This document shows positions 55,960 through 64,000 of a stretch of DNA of 64,000 nucleotides, one piece after another. Made by a program: the position numbers and the translations under genes. Numbering within the stretch: the stretch's first letter is position 1; every line of letters begins with the position of its first letter. The stretch is from assembly GCF_054482525.1 (NCBI RefSeq), contig NZ_CM137006.1; one strand, 5' to 3'. The notes beneath the pieces are model-generated. The model had not been told where the DNA came from. It made no database searches and worked only from the letters and a program-made list of their open reading frames with translations.

Positions 55960-58900
55960 TTAACTGCTAATCTGCTCCATCGCCTGCAAAATACGCTTAT
56001 CTGAAATCGGATAAGGCGTACCAAGTTGTTGAGCGAAGTAACTAACGCGCAACTCTTCTATCATCCAGCGGATCTCTTTCACGTCTTCATCCTCACGACG
56101 TGCGGGCGGCAGTTTGTTGATCCATTGCTGCCACGCCTGCTGGACGTTTTCGACTTTCAGCATCTGAGCACGGTCGCGATGCGGATCAACCGCCAGTTTT
56201 TCCAGTCGTTTTTCAATCGCCTGCAAATAACGCAGCGTGTCGCCCAGCCGTTTAAAACCGTTGCCAGTGACAAAACCGCGATACACCAGCCCGCCCATCT
56301 GCGCTTTAATGTCAGAAAGCCCCAGCGCCATGGTCATATCCACCCGCCCTTTCAGGCGTTTGTTGATATTGAACACTGCCGTAAGGATTTGCTCGACCTG
56401 CTTTGCAATATCCACCACCGTGTCGTTCAGTTCAGCGCGAACTTTTTCATGCAGCGCAGCAAAGCCTTCTTCCGTCCAGACCGGGCCACCATTGGCGTCG
56501 ATCAGTTGATCCACACCGCAGGAGATACAGTCGTCGATCAGCTCCAGCACTTTGCCATACGGGTTAAAGTACAGCCCAAGTTTGGCTTTGTTTGGCAACT
56601 TTTCATGCAAGTATTTGATTGGTGAAGGAATATTCAGCAGCAGTAAACGACGAAGACCGTTCCACATCGCTTGCTTTTGTTCCAGCGGGTTATCAAACAG
56701 TTTGATCGCCACGCTGTCGCGCTCATCCACCAACGCTGGCCACGCCTTCACTTTGTAGTTGCCACGCTTCTGTTCGTAGCTTTCCGGCAGTTGCCCAAAA
56801 CTCCAGATATGTAAGCCGCTCTGCTCGATACCGTCATCCGCCACCGCAGACAGCGTTTCCTGCACTTTGCCTTTCAGAGCATCTTTCAGATCCTGTAATG
56901 AGCGCCCTTCTTTTAGCTTCTTGTTTTTGTCATCCACCACACGGAAGGTGATTTTCAGGTGATCGGGCACCTGATTCCAGTGCCAGTCTTCGCGGTCAAC
57001 GGTGACGCCAGTCATCCGCCGTAGCTCTCGTTCAAGACTGTCGAGCAACGGCAATTCCAGCGGTGTGACGCGGCCTAGAAACGCTTCGGCGTAGTTTGGC
57101 GCGGGCACAAAATTACGGCGTACTGGTTTCGGCAACGATTTAATCAGTGCGATGATCAGTTCACGACGCAGGCCGGGGATCTGCCACTCAAACCCGTTCT
57201 CCTCAACCTGATTAAGCAGCGGCAGTGGAATATGTACGGTCACGCCGTCAGCATCCGCGCCGGGCTCAAACTGATAGCTCAAACGCAGCTTGAGATTGCC
57301 CTGATGCCAGAAGTTCGGGTAATCCAGCTTGCTGATTTTTTCCGCCCCTTCTTTGATCAACATGCTCTTTTCAAAGTTGAGCAAATCAGGCGTATCGCGG
57401 CTGACTTTTTTCCACCAGCTGTCGAAGTGACGTGCGGAGATCACATCGTGGCTGATGCGCTGGTCGTAAAACTCAAACAGCGTTTCGTCATCCACCAGAA
57501 TATCGCGGCGACGTGTTTTGTGTTCCAGTTCTTCCACTTCGGCCCGTAGTTTCAGGTTTTCACGGAAGAATGCATGACGCGTCTGCCAGTCACCTTCCAC
57601 CAGCGCGTGGCGAATAAAGAGTTCACGACATAACGCCGGATCGATCTGGCTGTAGTTGACCTTGCGCGCGGCAACAATCGGCAAGCCATAAACAGTGACT
57701 TTTTCCGTTGCCATCACCGCGCCCTGCGCCCGTTCCCAGTGCGGTTCGCTGTAGGTGCGTTTAATCAAATGCTGAGCAACGGGTTCTACCCATTCAGGGT
57801 CGATACGCGCAGCAATGCGCCCCCACAGGCGGCTGGTTTCTACCAGTTCCGCCACCATTACCCATTTCGGCGGCTTTTTGAATAAACCAGAACCGGGGAA
57901 GATGGAGAAACGCGCGTTACGTGCACCGGTATATTCTTGTTTATCGGCATCTTTCATGCCGATATGGGAAAGCAAACCGGTCAGTAAAGCGATGTGAATT
58001 TCGCGATACTCCGCCGGTTCGCTGTTAACCGGAATGCCAAGTTCTTTCACCACCTGGCGCAACTGGGTGTAGATATCCTGCCATTCGCGCACGCGCAGAT
58101 AGTTGAGATAATCGGTACGACACAGGCGACGGAAGGCGTTGGAAGAAAGCGCCTTTTGCTGCTCGCCAAGATAATTCCACAGATTTACAAACGCGAGGAA
58201 GTCAGACTCTTTGTCGTGGAAGCGACGATGTTTTTCGTCCGATGCCTGCTGTTTGTCCATCGGTCGTTCGCGCGGATCCTGGATGGAGAGCGCGGACGTG
58301 ATAATCATCGCCTCACGCACGCAGCCATGTTTTTGCGCTTCCAGCACCATACGCGCCAGACGAGGATCGACAGGCAACTGCGAGAGCTGGCGACCGAGCG
58401 GCGTCAGTTTATAGGCGCTGGCCTGTTCATCCGTGGTGATCGCGCCCAGCTCTTCGAGCAGACGCACGCCATCCTGGATATTACGTTTATCCGGTGCTTC
58501 GACAAATGGGAACGCGGCGATATCGCCCAACCCCAGCGCAGTCATCTGCAAAATAACCGAGGCCAGGTTGGTACGCAGAATCTCCGGATCGGTAAACTCC
58601 GGGCGCGAAAGGAAATCGTCTTCGGAATAGAGACGAATACAGATCCCTTCGGACACACGACCACAGCGGCCTTTACGCTGATTGGCAGACGCCTGCGAAA
58701 TGGGTTCAATCGGCAAACGCTGCACTTTGGTGCGATAGCTGTAGCGGCTGATACGCGCTGTACCGGGGTCGATAACGTATTTAATCCCCGGTACGGTCAG
58801 CGACGTTTCCGCGACGTTGGTCGCCAGCACAATGCGTCGCCCGCTGTGCGACTGGAACACCCTATTTTGTTCGCTGTTCGAAAGCCGCGCATAAAGCGGC

Positions 58901-59862
58901 AAGATTTCGGTATGCCGCAGATTTAGCTTGTTCAGCGCATCGGCGGTATCGCGAATTTCCCGCTCACCACTCATAAAGATCAGAATGTCGCCTGGGCTTT
59001 CCTGACTCAGTTCGTCTACGGCGTCAAAAATCGCCTGCAACTGATCGCGCTCGGTGTCATCGGCTTCTTCAACAATCGGGCGATAGCGCACTTCCACCGG
59101 ATAGGTCCGACCGGAGACTTCGATAATCGGCGCATTATTAAAGTGGCGCGAAAAGCGTTCCGGGTCGATAGTCGCGGAAGTGATAATGATTTTTAAGTCA
59201 GGACGCCGCGGCAGCAACTCTTTCAAATAGCCGAGCAGAAAATCGATATTCAGGCTGCGTTCGTGCGCTTCGTCAATAATGATGGTGTCGTACTGCATCA
59301 GCAGGCGGTCTTGCTGGATCTCCGCCAGCAGGATACCGTCGGTCATCAGCTTGACCATCGTGTTATCACTTACGTGATCGCTGAAACGCACTTTGTAACC
59401 GATGCAACCACCCGGCTCCGTTTTCAGCTCTTCCGCAATACGGTTCGCCACCGTTCGAGCCGCCAGACGACGCGGCTGGGTATGGCCGATCAGCCCTTTA
59501 ATCCCGCGGCCCAGCTCCATACAGATTTTCGGTAGCTGAGTCGTTTTACCGGAACCCGTTTCCCCGGCGACGATCACCACCTGGTGATCACGAATCGCTT
59601 CGAGAATGTCCTGCTTTTTCTGACTAACCGGCAAATTGTCCGGATAAGTGATTTCCGGTCGTGCCGCTTCACGCAGCAGGACTTTCCCTGCCGCATGGTC
59701 AATCTCTTTCGCCATCTCCTGGAAAATGGCCTGTTGTGCATCAGGATTTTTAACCTTCTTCACGCCGTGCAGACGGCGAGAAGAACGCAGTCTGTCGCGC
59801 AGCATCAGCGAATCCAGCCGCTGCTGCAAGGCCGTAAAGGTCAATTTTTGTTGTTCTGTCAT
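55960..59862 (-). CDS. hrpA: ATP-dependent RNA helicase (DEAH-box)
   Basis: 1300 aa; Walker A GETGSGKTTQ, DEAH box and helicase C-terminal motifs. Confidence 0.9.
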   Translation of the reverse strand: MTEQQKLTFTALQQRLDSLMLRDRLRSSRRLHGVKKVKNPDAQQAIFQEMAKEIDHAAGKVLLREAARPEITYPDNLPVSQKKQDILEAIRDHQVVIVAGETGSGKTTQLPKICMELGRGIKGLIGHTQPRRLAARTVANRIAEELKTEPGGCIGYKVRFSDHVSDNTMVKLMTDGILLAEIQQDRLLMQYDTIIIDEAHERSLNIDFLLGYLKELLPRRPDLKIIITSATIDPERFSRHFNNAPIIEVSGRTYPVEVRYRPIVEEADDTERDQLQAIFDAVDELSQESPGDILIFMSGEREIRDTADALNKLNLRHTEILPLYARLSNSEQNRVFQSHSGRRIVLATNVAETSLTVPGIKYVIDPGTARISRYSYRTKVQRLPIEPISQASANQRKGRCGRVSEGICIRLYSEDDFLSRPEFTDPEILRTNLASVILQMTALGLGDIAAFPFVEAPDKRNIQDGVRLLEELGAITTDEQASAYKLTPLGRQLSQLPVDPRLARMVLEAQKHGCVREAMIITSALSIQDPRERPMDKQQASDEKHRRFHDKESDFLAFVNLWNYLGEQQKALSSNAFRRLCRTDYLNYLRVREWQDIYTQLRQVVKELGIPVNSEPAEYREIHIALLTGLLSHIGMKDADKQEYTGARNARFSIFPGSGLFKKPPKWVMVAELVETSRLWGRIAARIDPEWVEPVAQHLIKRTYSEPHWERAQGAVMATEKVTVYGLPIVAARKVNYSQIDPALCRELFIRHALVEGDWQTRHAFFRENLKLRAEVEELEHKTRRRDILVDDETLFEFYDQRISHDVISARHFDSWWKKVSRDTPDLLNFEKSMLIKEGAEKISKLDYPNFWHQGNLKLRLSYQFEPGADADGVTVHIPLPLLNQVEENGFEWQIPGLRRELIIALIKSLPKPVRRNFVPAPNYAEAFLGRVTPLELPLLDSLERELRRMTGVTVDREDWHWNQVPDHLKITFRVVDDKNKKLKEGRSLQDLKDALKGKVQETLSAVADDGIEQSGLHIWSFGQLPESYEQKRGNYKVKAWPALVDERDSVAIKLFDNPLEQKQAMWNGLRRLLLLNIPSPIKYLHEKLPNKAKLGLYFNPYGKVLELIDDCISCGVDQLIDANGGPVWTEEGFAALHEKVRAELNDTVVDIAKQVEQILTAVFNINKRLKGRVDMTMALGLSDIKAQMGGLVYRGFVTGNGFKRLGDTLRYLQAIEKRLEKLAVDPHRDRAQMLKVENVQQAWQQWINKLPPARREDEDVKEIRWMIEELRVSYFAQQLGTPYPISDKRILQAMEQISS

Positions 59863-60053
59863 AACGTTAGTGGGCAGTAGTCTGCCTGATTAATTTTCTT
59901 TTAAATGATAGATATAGAGTACCACATCGCGGCTTTCAATGCGTTGTTCAATAAATTCGAACATAGGCTTCGATTTATTGCGCTATCTCTGTGGCAGGAT
60001 TGTGAATAAAGTGTCAACAAGCAACGGGGCATCGCCCATTCAAACATCTATAA

Positions 60054-60668
<615 letters not shown>

Positions 60669-60682
60669 CCGGACACGGTCTT

Positions 60683-60712
60683 GATGTGGACTGTAGATAT
60701 TCAGTCCACATC
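60683..60712. terminator. Hairpin between convergent azoR and ynbD
   Basis: gatgtggactg tagatatt cagtccacatc, an 11-bp perfect stem. Confidence 0.5.
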
Positions 60713-60721
60713 TCAATCCAC

Positions 60722-63785
<3,064 letters not shown>

Positions 63786-63800
63786 TTTCTCTATTTTCCT

Positions 63801-64000
63801 TCAGTAACAGCAGTAGCGAATAAAATAAAAAAATACCGGAGCGGTGAAAATTAATGAGTCAATCCTGTCAAGGAGTCCGTCATGTCCTGGTAATAGTTTT
63901 CCACTATCTTTAACACCAATATCTCGTTTGATGGCTGACATCACTACATCGCCGCAAAAACCACTAATACCAATTAACAAACCCGTTAATAATGCCTGTA
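63801..64000 (-). CDS. ynbB: CDP-diglyceride synthetase-like protein, C-terminal part (5' end outside window)
   Basis: Minus-strand frame translates to ...[28 protein letters not shown], containing the CdsA family signature. Confidence 0.7.
   Translation of the reverse strand, partial: QALLTGLLIGISGFCGDVVMSAIKRDIGVKDSGKLLPGHDGLLDRIDSLIFTAPVFFYFIRYCCY

Noticed and set aside
56026-58926. Plus-strand ORFs of 199 and 310 aa antisense to hrpA
   Set aside because: Fully embedded antisense to a 1300-aa helicase gene with clear motifs; low-complexity translations and no ribosome-binding site.

Overview
This window reads as an Escherichia coli chromosomal segment, gene-for-gene collinear (in reverse orientation) with the K-12 interval running from narZYWV to ynbB. 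All identifications are from reading the sequence and ORF translations against remembered protein families; no database search was run. Most of the window is ordinary core genome: cryptic nitrate reductase narZYWV, yddE, nhoA, yddH, ansP, yncE, yncD, mcbR, curA, mnaT, patD, the ydcSTUV ABC transporter, ydcR, hicAB, rlhA, tehAB, rimL, opgD, trg, hokB/mokB, cybB, gapC, aldA, hrpA, azoR and the ynbBCD operon. The one clearly accessory region is about 7.9 to 18.4 kb: an AT-rich island holding a vgrG with an in-frame amber stop, a full-length PAAR-Rhs protein (rhsE-like) with an AT-rich C-terminal toxin tip, a translationally coupled putative immunity gene, an intact H-repeat (ISAs1-family) transposase, a GNAT acetyltransferase remnant, a disrupted yncG and a 1.1 kb ORF-poor AT-rich spacer. 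Several small genes missing from the ORF track were recovered by hand (hicA, hokB, mokB, ydcA, yncL, ortT). I did not find a convincing wholly new multi-gene system; the best candidates for something undescribed are the Rhs toxin tip with its immunity partner and the unassigned AT-rich DNA around the island.
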